From: Oscillospiraceae bacterium
GTDB taxonomy: Bacteria > Bacillota > Clostridia > Oscillospirales > Acutalibacteraceae
NCBI GenBank assembly: GCA_902790325.1
Contig: CADARP010000012.1
Coordinates: 9,475-73,474, forward strand
DNA: 64,000 bases
Reading direction: 5' to 3'
A model generated the notes under the pieces. It did not search any database, was not told the DNA's origin, and saw only the letters and a list, made by a program, of their open reading frames with translations. Below, piece after piece: positions 39,843 through 50,801 of the stretch (its first letter is position 1; each line of letters starts with the position of its first letter). Position numbers and translations under genes: made by a program.

Positions 39843-40448
39843 ATGATTTACAGTTTGACGGGAAAAATCGTACATACAGACGTTTCCGGCGTGGCCGTGC
39901 AGTGCGGCGGCGTGGCGTTCTACTGCGCCGCCTCCTTCAATACGCTGCGGCGTATCGGCAATATCGGCGCGGACGTGACGCTGTATACCTATTTAAGTGT
40001 ACGTGAAGACGCGATGGAGCTGTTCGGCTTTCACGACGCACAGGAGCTGCAGTGTTTCAAGCTCCTGATCGGCGTGACAGGCGTGGGGCCGAAGGCGGCG
40101 CTGGCGATTCTGTCGCAGTTCGAGCCGGAGCGTCTGGCGCTGTGCGTCGCGTCCGGCGACAGCAAGAGCATCACCAAGGCGCAGGGCGTGGGCAACAAGC
40201 TTGCGCAGCGCGTGGTGCTGGAACTGAAGGACAAATTCAAGGCGGAGGTACCTGCCGCGTTCGGCGCCGAGGTCGAAGCGGCAGGCGTCGCTTCCGCGTC
40301 CGCGAACTGCGAGGAAGCGGTCAGCGCGCTGGAAATGCTCGGTTACAGCCGCAGCGAAGCGTCCGCCGCAATCGGGAAGTTGGACAGCGCGCTGCCGACG
40401 GAGACGCTGATCCGTCAGGCGCTGCGGAATCTATCGAAACTATCATAA
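39843..40448 (+). CDS. ruvA: Holliday junction branch migration protein RuvA
   Basis: MIYSLTGKI N-terminus, HhH motifs (GVGPKAALAIL, GVGNKLAQRV), ruvCAB order. Confidence 0.95.
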   Translation: MIYSLTGKIVHTDVSGVAVQCGGVAFYCAASFNTLRRIGNIGADVTLYTYLSVREDAMELFGFHDAQELQCFKLLIGVTGVGPKAALAILSQFEPERLALCVASGDSKSITKAQGVGNKLAQRVVLELKDKFKAEVPAAFGAEVEAAGVASASANCEEAVSALEMLGYSRSEASAAIGKLDSALPTETLIRQALRNLSKLS

Positions 40449-40460
40449 CGGAGAAAGAGT

Positions 40461-41486
40461 ATGGATACGGATTACGAAAACCGGATCGTGGCGCCCGAAT
40501 ATACGTCCGAGGATCAGGACGTGGAGCTGTCGCTGCGCCCGCGCAGACTCAGCGAATACATCGGACAGGAAAAGGTCAAGGAAAACCTGAAAATCTATAT
40601 CGAAGCAGCCAAAAAGCGCGGAGAGAGCCTGGACCATGTGCTGCTTTACGGCCCGCCCGGACTGGGCAAAACGACGCTGTCCGGTATCATCGCCAACGAG
40701 ATGGGCGTGAATCTGCGTGTGACGTCCGGTCCCGCGATCGAAAAGCAGGGGGATCTTGCGGCGCTGCTGACAAACCTCAACGAGGGCGACATTCTCTTTA
40801 TCGACGAAGTGCACCGTCTCAACCGCAGTGTGGAGGAGGTGCTGTATCCCGCGATGGAGGACAACGCGCTGGACATCATCATCGGCAAGGGGCCGTCCGC
40901 GCGTTCCATCCGGCTTGATTTGCCGCGTTTCACGCTTGTGGGCGCGACGACGCGTGCCGGCCAGCTTTCGGCGCCGCTGCGCGACCGTTTCGGCGTGATC
41001 TTCCGACTCGAGATGTACACGCCGGAGGAGCTGGCGATGATCGTGCGGCGCAGCGCGGACATTCTCGGCATCGGCATCGACGAGGCAGGCGCGCTCGAGA
41101 TCGCGTCGCGCTCCAGAGGTACGCCGCGAATCGCAAACCGGCTTCTCAAACGCGCGCGGGATTTTGCGCAGGTGATCGGCGACGGCCATATCGACGCGGA
41201 CAATGCCCGCATCGCGCTTGACCGCATGGAGATCGACCGCTTGGGTCTGGATGCGATCGACCGGCTTCTGCTGACATCGATGATCCGCAATTACAACGGC
41301 GGCCCTGTCGGCCTCGATACGATCGCTGCGGCCATCGGCGAAGAGGCGGTCACGATCGAGGACGTCTATGAGCCGTATCTCATGCAGATCGGTTTTCTGT
41401 CCCGCACGCCGCGCGGCCGTATGGTCACGCCGGCGGGTTACGCCCATGTGGGCATCCCTATGCCGGGGCAGCAGCAATTATTCTGA
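40461..41486 (+). CDS. ruvB: Holliday junction DNA helicase RuvB
   Basis: [37 protein letters not shown]. Confidence 0.97.
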   Translation: MDTDYENRIVAPEYTSEDQDVELSLRPRRLSEYIGQEKVKENLKIYIEAAKKRGESLDHVLLYGPPGLGKTTLSGIIANEMGVNLRVTSGPAIEKQGDLAALLTNLNEGDILFIDEVHRLNRSVEEVLYPAMEDNALDIIIGKGPSARSIRLDLPRFTLVGATTRAGQLSAPLRDRFGVIFRLEMYTPEELAMIVRRSADILGIGIDEAGALEIASRSRGTPRIANRLLKRARDFAQVIGDGHIDADNARIALDRMEIDRLGLDAIDRLLLTSMIRNYNGGPVGLDTIAAAIGEEAVTIEDVYEPYLMQIGFLSRTPRGRMVTPAGYAHVGIPMPGQQQLF

Positions 41487-41513
41487 ATCCAACTTTGAAA
41501 GGAAGAGCGAGAC

Positions 41514-42863
41514 ATGGGCAGACTGTTCGGAACGGATGGCGCGCGCGGCGTCGCCAACAGCGAATTGACATGCGAGCTGGCGATGCAGATCGGCCGTGCC
41601 GCCGCGATGGTGCTGGCGGCCAAGGATATCCGCCGTCCGCGGGTGATGATCGGCAAGGACACGCGCATGAGTTCGGATATGCTGGAATCCGCGATCGCGG
41701 CGGGACTGTGTTCCGTCGGTGCGGATGTGCTGCTGCTGGGCGTTGTGCCGACGCCGGCAGTCGCGTTTCTCGTGCGGGAGAAGGGGTATGACGCGGGCGT
41801 CATGATCTCCGCCTCGCACAATCCGTGTGAATACAACGGCATCAAGATTTTTAAATCGGACGGCTACAAACTGCCGGATGCGGTTGAGGAACAGATCGAG
41901 CAGATCATTCTCGATGAGGCAGCTGTCCCGCCGGTACGCATCGGCGGCGATGTGGGCACGGTGCGTTCCGATCCGTCGATGCGTGAGGAATATATCCGTC
42001 ACATCTACCGCACGTCCGATTTCATTTTTACGGATATGCATATTGCGCTGGACTGCGCCAACGGCAGCGCGTCCTTTACGGCACCGAAGCTGTTTGCCGA
42101 TCTCGGTGCGCAGTGCGATCTGCTCGCGTACGAGCCGGACGGCGTCAACATCAACCGCGGCTGCGGCTCGACGCATCTCGAAGCGCTGCAGGAATACGTG
42201 CGCACGCATAAGCTGGACGCCGGCTTCGCCTTCGACGGCGACGCAGACCGGCTTCTGTGCGTGGACAGCGACGGCAACGTCGTGGACGGCGACAAGATCA
42301 TGGCCGTCTGCGCCGCGGATCTGCAGCGGCGCGGCAAGTTGAAGAATGATACGCTGGTCGTGACGGTTATGAGCAACATGGGACTTTTGCGGTTCTGCGA
42401 TGCGCACGGCATCTCCACGGAGAAGACCAAGGTCGGCGACCGGTACGTGCTGGAAAATATGCTGCAGAACGGCCATGTACTCGGCGGCGAGCAGTCCGGT
42501 CACGTGATCTTTCTGGACTTCGCCAACACAGGCGACGGCCAGCTCACGGCGGTGCAGGTGCTTGGCGTCATGAAGCGCACGGGCAGAACGCTGGCGGATC
42601 TCGCGGGCGAAATGGAAGTGTACCCGCAGGTCATGCAGAATGTGCGTGTGTCCAACATGGGCAAGGTGCGCATGTCCTCCGATCCGGAGATCCGTGCGGC
42701 AATCGACGAGGCGGAGAAGGAACTCGGCGCAAACGGGCGCGTGCTTGTGCGCGTGTCCGGTACGGAGCCGCTGGTACGCGTGATGCTCGAGGGCAAGGAC
42801 GAAGCGCTGATCCGGAAACTGTGCGGCGAGATCGCAGAAGTCGTACGGGAGAGACTGATCTGA
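41514..42863 (+). CDS. glmM: Phosphoglucosamine mutase
   Basis: FGTDGARGVAN and the active-site SASHNP. Confidence 0.95.
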   Translation: MGRLFGTDGARGVANSELTCELAMQIGRAAAMVLAAKDIRRPRVMIGKDTRMSSDMLESAIAAGLCSVGADVLLLGVVPTPAVAFLVREKGYDAGVMISASHNPCEYNGIKIFKSDGYKLPDAVEEQIEQIILDEAAVPPVRIGGDVGTVRSDPSMREEYIRHIYRTSDFIFTDMHIALDCANGSASFTAPKLFADLGAQCDLLAYEPDGVNINRGCGSTHLEALQEYVRTHKLDAGFAFDGDADRLLCVDSDGNVVDGDKIMAVCAADLQRRGKLKNDTLVVTVMSNMGLLRFCDAHGISTEKTKVGDRYVLENMLQNGHVLGGEQSGHVIFLDFANTGDGQLTAVQVLGVMKRTGRTLADLAGEMEVYPQVMQNVRVSNMGKVRMSSDPEIRAAIDEAEKELGANGRVLVRVSGTEPLVRVMLEGKDEALIRKLCGEIAEVVRERLI

Positions 42864-42896
42864 AAAAACGAAGGCAAAAACAGAGGAAGTTAGAGT

Positions 42897-43775
42897 ATGA
42901 GAATCGCGGACAAATGGCAGGATTACGAACTGATCGACTGTTCCGAAGGAGAGCGGCTTGAGCGGTGGGGCAATACCATTCTCATCCGCCCCGATCCGCA
43001 GGTGATCTGGAAAACGGAAAAGACAAACGCGCTCTGGCGGCAGGCACACGGACGATATCTGCGCTCGAACACGGGCGGCGGACGCTGGACGATGTACAAA
43101 GATGTTCCGGGACACTGGGCGATCGGTTACGGAGAACTGCAATTCAATATCAAGACCATGGGCTTCAAGCACACGGGACTGTTTCCCGAGCAGGCGGTCA
43201 ACTGGGACAGAACGATGGACATCATCCGCAAAGCCGGCCGCGAGGTCAAAGTGCTGAACCTGTTTGCCTACACGGGCGGCGCGACGGTCGCCGCGCTCAA
43301 AGCGGGCGCTTCGGTCGTGCATGTGGACGCGTCCAAGGGCATGGTCACATGGGCAAAGGAAAACGCCGTACAGTCGGGCGTGGGAGACAGACCGGTGCGC
43401 TGGATTGTGGACGACTGCATCAAGTTCGTCCAGCGTGAGATCCGCCGCGGAAACCGCTACGACATCATCATCATGGACCCGCCGTCCTACGGGCGCGGAC
43501 CGAACGGCGAGGTGTGGACGCTCGAGGACAAGATCTATGACCTTGTGCAGAACTGTATGAAGCTGTTGTCCGACGATCCGCTGATGATGCTGATCAATTC
43601 GTATACGGCGGGTCTGGCGCCTTCTGTCATGCAGTATATCCTCGGCACGGGCGTCACGCCGCAGCTCGGCGGCACAATCGAATGCGATGAGATCGGCCTT
43701 CCGGTGACCGAGTCGGGCATGGTGCTGCCGTGCGGTGCGTCCGCATTCTGGATTTCACAAGAAGCAGGATTATAA
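42897..43775 (+). CDS. Class I SAM-dependent (rRNA m5C RlmI/K-like) methyltransferase
   Basis: NLFAYTGGATVAALKAGA (SAM motif I) and IIMDPPSYGRG (motif IV). Confidence 0.7.
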   Translation: MRIADKWQDYELIDCSEGERLERWGNTILIRPDPQVIWKTEKTNALWRQAHGRYLRSNTGGGRWTMYKDVPGHWAIGYGELQFNIKTMGFKHTGLFPEQAVNWDRTMDIIRKAGREVKVLNLFAYTGGATVAALKAGASVVHVDASKGMVTWAKENAVQSGVGDRPVRWIVDDCIKFVQREIRRGNRYDIIIMDPPSYGRGPNGEVWTLEDKIYDLVQNCMKLLSDDPLMMLINSYTAGLAPSVMQYILGTGVTPQLGGTIECDEIGLPVTESGMVLPCGASAFWISQEAGL

Positions 43776-43781
43776 ACGTCT

Positions 43782-44636
43782 ATGGACACGATTATTCAAC
43801 TGAGAAACGTCAGCTTTGCCTATGAGACGGAGGAGGAAAAGAACCTCGCCGTGCAGGGCGTCGATCTGGACGTGCGCCGCGGTGAGTTTCTTGCCGTGGT
43901 GGGACACAACGGTTCCGGCAAATCGACGCTGGCAAAGCTGTTCAACGCAATATTGCTGCCGACCGAAGGTCACGTGCTCGTGGAGGGCATGGACACTTCG
44001 GACGAAGAGAAGGTCTACGAGATCCGTCGGCGCGTGGGCATGGTGTTTCAGAACCCCGACAACCAGATCGTTGCGACCATCGTCGAGGATGATGTGGCGT
44101 TCGGTCCGGAGAATCTGGGCGTCCCGCCTGCGGAGATCCGCGCACGCGTGGACGAAGCGCTGCGCGCGGTCGGCATGTACGAATACCGCCTGTACGAGCC
44201 GCACAAGCTCTCCGGCGGACAAAAGCAGCGCGTTGCCGTGGCGGGGATCATCGCCATGCGCACGGACTGCGTGATTTTCGACGAATCCACGGCTATGATC
44301 GATCCCAAGGGACGGCGCGAGGTGCTGGAAACGGTGCGCAAACTCAACCGGGAGCTGGGGATCACGGTCGTGTTTATCACGCATTTCATGGAGGAGGCGG
44401 CGCTGGCAGACCGCGTCGTCGTGATGGACAGCGGAACCATTGCCGCCGAAGGAACGCCTGCGCAGATCTTTGCCGATACGGCGCTGCTGCAGCGCACGGG
44501 ACTGGAGCTGCCCCCCGCGGCGCAGCTTGCACGCACGCTGCGGGAACACGGCGTGGAGCTCCCGGATGAGACGCTGACGCCGGAACAATGTGCGGACGCA
44601 TTGTTTCGCGCGGCGCAGAAAGCGGGGGTGGTCTGA
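43782..44636 (+). CDS. ecfA1: Energy-coupling factor transporter ATPase EcfA1
   Basis: GHNGSGKSTL Walker A, LSGGQKQRVAVA signature, and ecfA-ecfA-ecfT-truA synteny. Confidence 0.9.
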   Translation: MDTIIQLRNVSFAYETEEEKNLAVQGVDLDVRRGEFLAVVGHNGSGKSTLAKLFNAILLPTEGHVLVEGMDTSDEEKVYEIRRRVGMVFQNPDNQIVATIVEDDVAFGPENLGVPPAEIRARVDEALRAVGMYEYRLYEPHKLSGGQKQRVAVAGIIAMRTDCVIFDESTAMIDPKGRREVLETVRKLNRELGITVVFITHFMEEAALADRVVVMDSGTIAAEGTPAQIFADTALLQRTGLELPPAAQLARTLREHGVELPDETLTPEQCADALFRAAQKAGVV

Positions 44637-45499
44637 TGGCGGTTCTGGAGGTGCGCAATTTGTCGCACTGCTACGGCGCGAAGACGCAGATGCAGGTGTT
44701 TGCCGTCAAAAACGTGAGCCTGCGCGTAGAAGCGGGCGAGCTGCTGGGCGTGATCGGACACACCGGTTCCGGCAAGTCTACGCTCATCCAGCATTTCAAC
44801 GGACTGCTCACGCCGACGAGCGGCGAGGTGCTGCTCGACGGCGAAAACATATTCAAGGATAAAGCGACGACCCACGCGGCACGCTTCCGCGTCGGAATGT
44901 GTTTCCAGTATCCGGAGTATCAACTTTTTGAAGAAACAGTCTATAAGGATATTTCGTTCGGCCCGCGCAACATGAAACTGTCCGACGACGAGATCGACCG
45001 CCGTGTGCGCAAAGCCGCGCAGTTTGTCGGACTGCCGGATGCGCTGCTCGAGAAATCACCGTTTGATCTGTCCGGAGGCGAGAAGCGCCGCGCGGCGATT
45101 GCGGGCGTGATGGCAATGGAACCGGAGATCCTTGTGCTTGACGAGCCGACGGCCGGACTGGATCCCAGGGGACGCGATACGATCCTGCGGCTGGTCGAGC
45201 ATTACCGCACGGAAACGGGCAGCACGGTCATCCTCGTTTCCCACAGCATGGAGGACATCGCGCGTATGGCGACGAAAGCGCTGGTGATGAACCGCGGCGA
45301 AGCGGCGCTGTACGGTACGGTGGACGAAGTGTTTTCACAGGGAGATAAGCTCGTTTCCATGGGATTGGACGTACCGGCGGTGACGCGCATCTTTTTGTCG
45401 CTGCATGACCGCGGCGTGCCGGTGCGTACGGACGTCTACACAAACGAGCAGGCGGCTGCGGAGTTTCGGCGCCTCTTGGGAAAGGAGGCGCGCGCATGA
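44636..45499 (+). CDS. ecfA2: Energy-coupling factor transporter ATPase EcfA2
   Basis: The ATG overlaps the ecfA1 TGA by 1 nt. GHTGSGKSTL, LSGGEKRRAAIA. Confidence 0.9.
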   Translation: MAVLEVRNLSHCYGAKTQMQVFAVKNVSLRVEAGELLGVIGHTGSGKSTLIQHFNGLLTPTSGEVLLDGENIFKDKATTHAARFRVGMCFQYPEYQLFEETVYKDISFGPRNMKLSDDEIDRRVRKAAQFVGLPDALLEKSPFDLSGGEKRRAAIAGVMAMEPEILVLDEPTAGLDPRGRDTILRLVEHYRTETGSTVILVSHSMEDIARMATKALVMNRGEAALYGTVDEVFSQGDKLVSMGLDVPAVTRIFLSLHDRGVPVRTDVYTNEQAAAEFRRLLGKEARA

Positions 45500-46311
45500 T
45501 CCGGGACATCACGATCGGACAGTATCTGTCCGGCACGTCGTTTATGCACAAGCTCGACGCGCGCGTCAAAATTGTCTGTACGTTTGCCTATATCATCACG
45601 ATCTTTCTGTGCAAAAACTTCTGGTCGCTCGGCCTGATGGTTGCTTTTGCTGCGCTGATGACGCTGCTCTCGCGCGTGCCGGTGCGCATGCTTCTGCGTT
45701 CGCTGCGCCCGGTGGCCTTTATCCTGTTGTTTACGGCGGTGCTGAACCTTTTCTATACAAAGACAGGCAGCGTGCTGTTCCAGTGGAAATTCCTCATTCT
45801 GACAGACAAGGGCTTGTACACGGCCGTCTTCATGGCGGTGCGCATTCTGAGCCTTGTTTCGGTCAGCGCGCTGCTGACGTATACGACAACGCCGACCGCG
45901 CTGACGGACGGTATCGAAAAACTGCTCTCGCCCCTCAAGCTCATCAAAGTCCCGGTGCATTCGCTGGCGATGATGATGACGCTGGCGCTGCGGTTCATCC
46001 CGACGCTGATCGAGGAGATCGACCGCATCATGAGCGCACAGAAAGCACGCGGTGCCGACCTCGAGACCGGCGGATTCATCCAGCGCGCCAAGGCGCTGCT
46101 GCCGGTGCTGATCCCGCTGTTCGTTTCGGCGTTCCGGCGCGCATATGAGCTGGCGTTCGCCATGGAGTGCCGCTGCTACCGCGGCGGCGAGGGCAGGACG
46201 CGCATGAAACAGATGAAGCTCGGCGTGCGCGACGCGGTCACGGCCGTCTGCTTTGTCCTGTTGATCGCAGGCGTTGTTCTGCTTGGCCGGTTCTTCCCGG
46301 CGGTGATTTAG
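45496..46311 (+). CDS. ecfT: Energy-coupling factor transporter transmembrane component EcfT
   Basis: GQYLSGTSFMHKLDARVK N-terminus, ARGAD motif, multi-TM profile. Confidence 0.9.
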   Translation: MIRDITIGQYLSGTSFMHKLDARVKIVCTFAYIITIFLCKNFWSLGLMVAFAALMTLLSRVPVRMLLRSLRPVAFILLFTAVLNLFYTKTGSVLFQWKFLILTDKGLYTAVFMAVRILSLVSVSALLTYTTTPTALTDGIEKLLSPLKLIKVPVHSLAMMMTLALRFIPTLIEEIDRIMSAQKARGADLETGGFIQRAKALLPVLIPLFVSAFRRAYELAFAMECRCYRGGEGRTRMKQMKLGVRDAVTAVCFVLLIAGVVLLGRFFPAVI

Positions 46312-46316
46312 GGAAT

Positions 46317-47069
46317 ATGAGAAATCTTCTTTTGACCTTGCGTTATGACGGCGGCGCCTACCACGGCTGGCAGGTGCAGGAAAACGCCGTTACGGTGCAG
46401 CAGACGCTGCAGGACGCGATCGAAGCCGTATTCGGCGCGCGGCTGCCGGTGATCGGCTGTTCCCGCACGGACGCGGGCGTTCATGCAAGAATGTTCTGCG
46501 TCAATTTTCGCACCGACTCCGCGATCGACTGTGCGCGCATTCCGTATGCGCTCAACGCGCATCTGCCGGACGATATCGGCGTATACGACTGCCGGCAGGT
46601 ACCGGACGACTTTCACGCACGCTACAGCTGCGTTTCAAAGACGTATGTGTACGTGATCCGGAACAGCCCGTTCCGTGATCCGTTCGCTGTCGGACGGGCG
46701 GCGACGGTACGCTGGCCGCTCGATGAAAACATGCTGCATGACCAGGCGCAGGCATTTGTCGGCACGCATGATTTCGCAGCGTTTGCGGCCGCGGGCGGCA
46801 GCGTGGAGGACACCGTGCGCACCGTGCGCAGCGCATGTGTGCGGCGCGACGGGGAGACGGTCCTGTTTTCGGTTCGGGCGAACGGCTTTTTGTACAATAT
46901 GGTGCGCATCATGGTCGGTACGCTTCTGGACATTGCGTCGGGCAAGATTCCCCGGGGGAGCATCCCGGAGATACTGCAATCGCTCGACCGTTCCCGCGCC
47001 GGTGCGACCGCGCCGCCGCAGGGCTTATATCTTCAATCTGTTGAATACAATTTTCGGGATGTGGAATAA
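46317..47069 (+). CDS. truA: tRNA pseudouridine(38-40) synthase TruA
   Basis: LTLRYDGGAYHGWQVQ and GCSRTDAGVHA (catalytic Asp). Confidence 0.9.
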   Translation: MRNLLLTLRYDGGAYHGWQVQENAVTVQQTLQDAIEAVFGARLPVIGCSRTDAGVHARMFCVNFRTDSAIDCARIPYALNAHLPDDIGVYDCRQVPDDFHARYSCVSKTYVYVIRNSPFRDPFAVGRAATVRWPLDENMLHDQAQAFVGTHDFAAFAAAGGSVEDTVRTVRSACVRRDGETVLFSVRANGFLYNMVRIMVGTLLDIASGKIPRGSIPEILQSLDRSRAGATAPPQGLYLQSVEYNFRDVE

Positions 47070-48265
47070 TGGCGGAACGAAAACGTTTTTTGCAGCGGAA
47101 AACGCTGCGGCGTATACTGCTGATCCTGTTTGCTGCTCTGGTGGTGATCTTCGGCTCTCTGTATGCCGTATCGCGCACGTTCGGGCGTGTACCGCTGTCG
47201 AATGTGGCGGATGTATTCACCGCGTTCTCGGTCAAAGGGAATGATGCGTTTCCTTACGTCACGGATGCGGGAAGCGTGGTGCGGATGGTGCCGATCGGCG
47301 GCGGCGTAGGCGTGCTGCGCATGGACAGGTTCGATATCCTCACCAAATCCGGCGCGACGCTGCAGTCGGTGCAGCATACGTATACGTCTCCCGCGGTGGA
47401 AGTTTGCGGCGGCCGCGCGCTGCTGTACGATCGCGGCGGCACGCGGTATATGCTGCTGAGCAAGACGGGCAAGCTGCGCACAGGTCAGATCAAAGAGAAG
47501 GACGATACGGACGACAAGACGGACAAAAAGGACAAGCAGATCCTGACTGCCGCGCTGGACGAGCACGGCCGGATTGCGATCGCCGTATCCTCCGAAAACA
47601 CAAAGAGTGTTCTGACGGTGTACAAAGCGAACGGTGCCGGATTATATCAGTACAAATGTGTATCGGAATATATCACGGATATTGCGTTTACGCCGAACGG
47701 GATCGCGATGACGGTCGTCGGCGCCAAAAATGCGACGGCATATTCGCGGCTGCTGTCGATGCGTTTCGGCAAAACGGAGCTTCTTGCGGACTATACGTAT
47801 GACGATACGTCTTTGTTTCATGTGCACGCGAGCGGGAATACCGTCACGGCGTGCAGCAGTACACTGCTGACGACGCTGCACCGCAAGGTGCAGCAGCCGG
47901 ACGTTTTGTTCGGCAGCGATACGCTGCAGTTTTTCTGCGCAGACGAAAGCGGCAAATCGACCCTGACGCTTCTGACGTACGGCAACGAGCATGAGTCAAA
48001 ACTGCGCGGTCTTTCCGCAAAGGGCGAGACGGCGTTTGAGACGGAATGCGGCGAGAAGATCAAGGACACATCACGCAGCAGCGTATATACCTGCGTCCTG
48101 ACGGACGATGCGGTGCTGACGTACAATAATGCCGGCGCGTGTGTCGGCACACTGACGCTTACCCAGGCGGCGCGCGGCATCTGCGTGAACGACCGCACGG
48201 TGTTCGTGCTGTTCAATGACCACATCGACGCGTTCCCCGCGGCCGGTGAGCACACGGACAGTTGA
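47069..48265 (+). CDS. Hypothetical membrane-anchored protein (beta-rich ectodomain)
   Basis: The ATG overlaps the truA TAA. Basic N-terminus plus the TM helix ILLILFAALVVIFGSLY. No family recognised. Confidence 0.55.
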   Translation: MAERKRFLQRKTLRRILLILFAALVVIFGSLYAVSRTFGRVPLSNVADVFTAFSVKGNDAFPYVTDAGSVVRMVPIGGGVGVLRMDRFDILTKSGATLQSVQHTYTSPAVEVCGGRALLYDRGGTRYMLLSKTGKLRTGQIKEKDDTDDKTDKKDKQILTAALDEHGRIAIAVSSENTKSVLTVYKANGAGLYQYKCVSEYITDIAFTPNGIAMTVVGAKNATAYSRLLSMRFGKTELLADYTYDDTSLFHVHASGNTVTACSSTLLTTLHRKVQQPDVLFGSDTLQFFCADESGKSTLTLLTYGNEHESKLRGLSAKGETAFETECGEKIKDTSRSSVYTCVLTDDAVLTYNNAGACVGTLTLTQAARGICVNDRTVFVLFNDHIDAFPAAGEHTDS

Positions 48266-48301
48266 CGCGGGGATGTCCAAAGTGGTATACTGGAGTGACA
48301 G

Positions 48302-49381
48302 ATGATGAAACGGCTGATTTCTGCGGCGGTTTGCGCCGCGCTTTTGTGGACGACGGTTTGCTTTGCCGTCTGGGCACAGGACGAGGTTTCTGCGGAATGC
48401 GCGCTCTCGAAAGACGGCGCGGTCGACGCGGCGGACGTGCTGCAATCGCTCATTGACGAAAACCCGAACCGCACGATCTGGTTTCCGGACGGCGAGTATC
48501 TGCTTTCACATCCGATCTGCACGCCGGCAGATCCGCGCAAAAGCGTGGATTTGCGTTTGTCCAATTACGCGATCCTGCGTGCCGCGCCGGACTTTTCCGG
48601 CGAAGCGCTTGTGCGGCTCGGCGCAAAGGACCCCGCCAACGATACGGCGACGCCCGGCAGCAACTATGCGCTCAGCGGCGGCGTGCTCGACGGCAGCGGT
48701 GTGACCGGCGGCGTGACGATCGAGGGCGGCAGAGAAACGGCGATCCGCGAACTGTCGATCAAAAACGCGATCGTCGGCATCCATATTTTCTACGGTGCGA
48801 ATGCCGGCTCGTCCGACGCGGATGTACGCGATGTGAACATCATCGGAACGGGCGGCACGGATTCGGTGGGCATCTTCGCGGAGGGGTACGACAACACTTT
48901 CACGAACATCCGCATCGGACACGTTTTTGTGGGTGTGCATCTGCGTTCGGGGGCGAATGTGCTGCGCAATATCCACCCGCTGTACTACTCGGACTACACG
49001 GACTATGAAAACAGTTGCGGATTCCTGGATGCGTCCGGCAGCAACGTGTACGATTTTTGCTACAGCGATCAGTTCTGCGTCGGCTTTCGCACGCTCGGAG
49101 ATATATCCAATGTCTATTCCAACTGCTATTGCTATTGGTACTCCGCGGCGGGCGGTCGCGAGATCGGCTTCCGCGCGGACGGCAAATTCAACTCTGTCGT
49201 GACGAATGCGCGCCTGACGTTCCGGAGCGACACGAACAACGCTGTGCTGCAGACGACACGATTCTTCGGCAAAGGGACGTTTGACAACTTGCTGGTCCAA
49301 TCGTCTCTTGTGAAAGACAGGAGCTATCGGCGATTCCTGCGCGGCAGCTTTTTCTGGCTGCTCAACCGATGGTTCGGATAA
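48302..49381 (+). CDS. Secreted right-handed beta-helix protein (pectate-lyase-superfamily / GH28-related N-domain)
   Basis: Signal peptide. DAADVLQSLIDENPNRTIWFPDGEYLLSHPI matches the Pectate_lyase_3-type N-terminal motif. Confidence 0.6.
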   Translation: MMKRLISAAVCAALLWTTVCFAVWAQDEVSAECALSKDGAVDAADVLQSLIDENPNRTIWFPDGEYLLSHPICTPADPRKSVDLRLSNYAILRAAPDFSGEALVRLGAKDPANDTATPGSNYALSGGVLDGSGVTGGVTIEGGRETAIRELSIKNAIVGIHIFYGANAGSSDADVRDVNIIGTGGTDSVGIFAEGYDNTFTNIRIGHVFVGVHLRSGANVLRNIHPLYYSDYTDYENSCGFLDASGSNVYDFCYSDQFCVGFRTLGDISNVYSNCYCYWYSAAGGREIGFRADGKFNSVVTNARLTFRSDTNNAVLQTTRFFGKGTFDNLLVQSSLVKDRSYRRFLRGSFFWLLNRWFG

Positions 49382-49391
49382 GGAGTATTTT

Positions 49392-50099
49392 GTGGAATAT
49401 GTGATTTTGTATGCGGTGGACGGCGCTTTGCTGCTTCTGCTGTTGTGTACGATCCTGCGGTGTGCGCATCTGGGATTTGTGCGCTCGCTCGCAGGCATCA
49501 TCGCATGGATTGCGGCTTCCGCGATCTCTCTGCATTACTGCGCGCCGCTGGCAACGGCCTGCTATGATCGTCTCCTGCACGAGCGTGTGGTGGCGATGGC
49601 CGAGCAGAATATCCGGGACGCCGCAGACGCGACGTTCACGGTCGAGTATACGAACGATATTCTGGACGGTCTGCCGGGATTTGCGGTGAAGGCCGCGGAA
49701 AGCGTGGGCGTCGATGTCGCTGCGCTGCAGAGCAAGACGGTGCAGCTGCCGCACGAAACGGCTGAGGCTGTGGAGCGGGTGTGTCTTGCGCCGATCATCA
49801 CGGCGGCTGTGAAGGTGCTGCTGTTCATCGTGATCCTGCTTGTGACCGGCGGCCTCGTACAGGCCGTTCTGTCGCCTGTCGGCAAGGTGCTGCACAAAGC
49901 ACCCGTGATCGGCACAACGGACCGTGCGCTCGGTGCGGTGTTCGGCCTTTTGAAAGGCGCGGTGCTGGTCGCGGTTCTGGCAATGCTGCTGCTTGTTGCG
50001 GGCGGCGTTGTTGAGGGACGATTTGCCGAAGCGGTGAACCATTCCCGGATCGTATCATTCGTCGAGAGCAGTCCGTTTGCGGACGGACTGTTCAGATAA
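49392..50099 (+). CDS. CvpA-family membrane protein
   Basis: GTG start. Four hydrophobic helices with a CvpA-like N-terminal arrangement (DGALLLLLLCTILRCAHLGFVRSL). Confidence 0.55.
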   Translation: MEYVILYAVDGALLLLLLCTILRCAHLGFVRSLAGIIAWIAASAISLHYCAPLATACYDRLLHERVVAMAEQNIRDAADATFTVEYTNDILDGLPGFAVKAAESVGVDVAALQSKTVQLPHETAEAVERVCLAPIITAAVKVLLFIVILLVTGGLVQAVLSPVGKVLHKAPVIGTTDRALGAVFGLLKGAVLVAVLAMLLLVAGGVVEGRFAEAVNHSRIVSFVESSPFADGLFR

Positions 50100-50132
50100 A
50101 ATCATTTGCGGAGTATCCGCGGAGGAAACATT

Positions 50133-50801
50133 ATGCAAAGTCTTGGAGACAACATAAAAGGATTGTTTAAAAACTGGAAGACCGTTCCAAACCTGCTGTC
50201 GGCGCTGCGTATCGTCATGGTGCCGATCATGGCTGTGTTGTTCGTGAAGGGGTATCCGCTCTGGGCGGTGTTCGTGCTGTTTTTGTCGGGACTGTCCGAT
50301 TTCGTCGACGGCAAGATCGCCCGCCGCTTCAACCAGATCAGCGACCTGGGCAAGATACTCGATCCGCTTGCCGACAAGTTGACGCAGATCACCGTGGCGG
50401 TGCTGCTGTTCCTGTTTTTCCGCAGTGCGCAGGAGTCACCGGAAATGCGCGCGTTCAGCTGGGTGTTCCTGCTGTTCGTGGGCAAAGAGCTGTTTATGGT
50501 CGTGATGAGCGTCTGGCTGCTGAGTATCGGGCTGCGCCCCGGCGCGGCGGAAATCTACGGCAAGGTCGCTACATTCGCGTATTATCTTGTGATGCTGTTC
50601 ATCGTCGCGTTCGGCCCCGAGGTCGGTGCGTTCCGCAATTTCTGGACAGCGCCTTCGCTGCTTTTGCAGATCCTCGTCGTGGTGTCCGTGGTGCTGTGCT
50701 TCATTGCGCTGTTCAGCTATTTCCCGGGCGTGTGGCGGCTGCTGCAGGAGCGTAAACAGAAACTCCAGCAAGAACAAAATCAACAAGGAGACGATCAATG
50801 A
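50133..50801 (+). CDS. pgsA: CDP-alcohol phosphatidyltransferase (phosphatidylglycerophosphate synthase-like)
   Basis: Signature D-G-x2-A-R-x8-G-x3-D-x3-D: SDFVDGKIARRFNQISDLGKILDPLADK. The ATG at 50133 follows GGAGGAA. Confidence 0.85.
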   Translation: MQSLGDNIKGLFKNWKTVPNLLSALRIVMVPIMAVLFVKGYPLWAVFVLFLSGLSDFVDGKIARRFNQISDLGKILDPLADKLTQITVAVLLFLFFRSAQESPEMRAFSWVFLLFVGKELFMVVMSVWLLSIGLRPGAAEIYGKVATFAYYLVMLFIVAFGPEVGAFRNFWTAPSLLLQILVVVSVVLCFIALFSYFPGVWRLLQERKQKLQQEQNQQGDDQ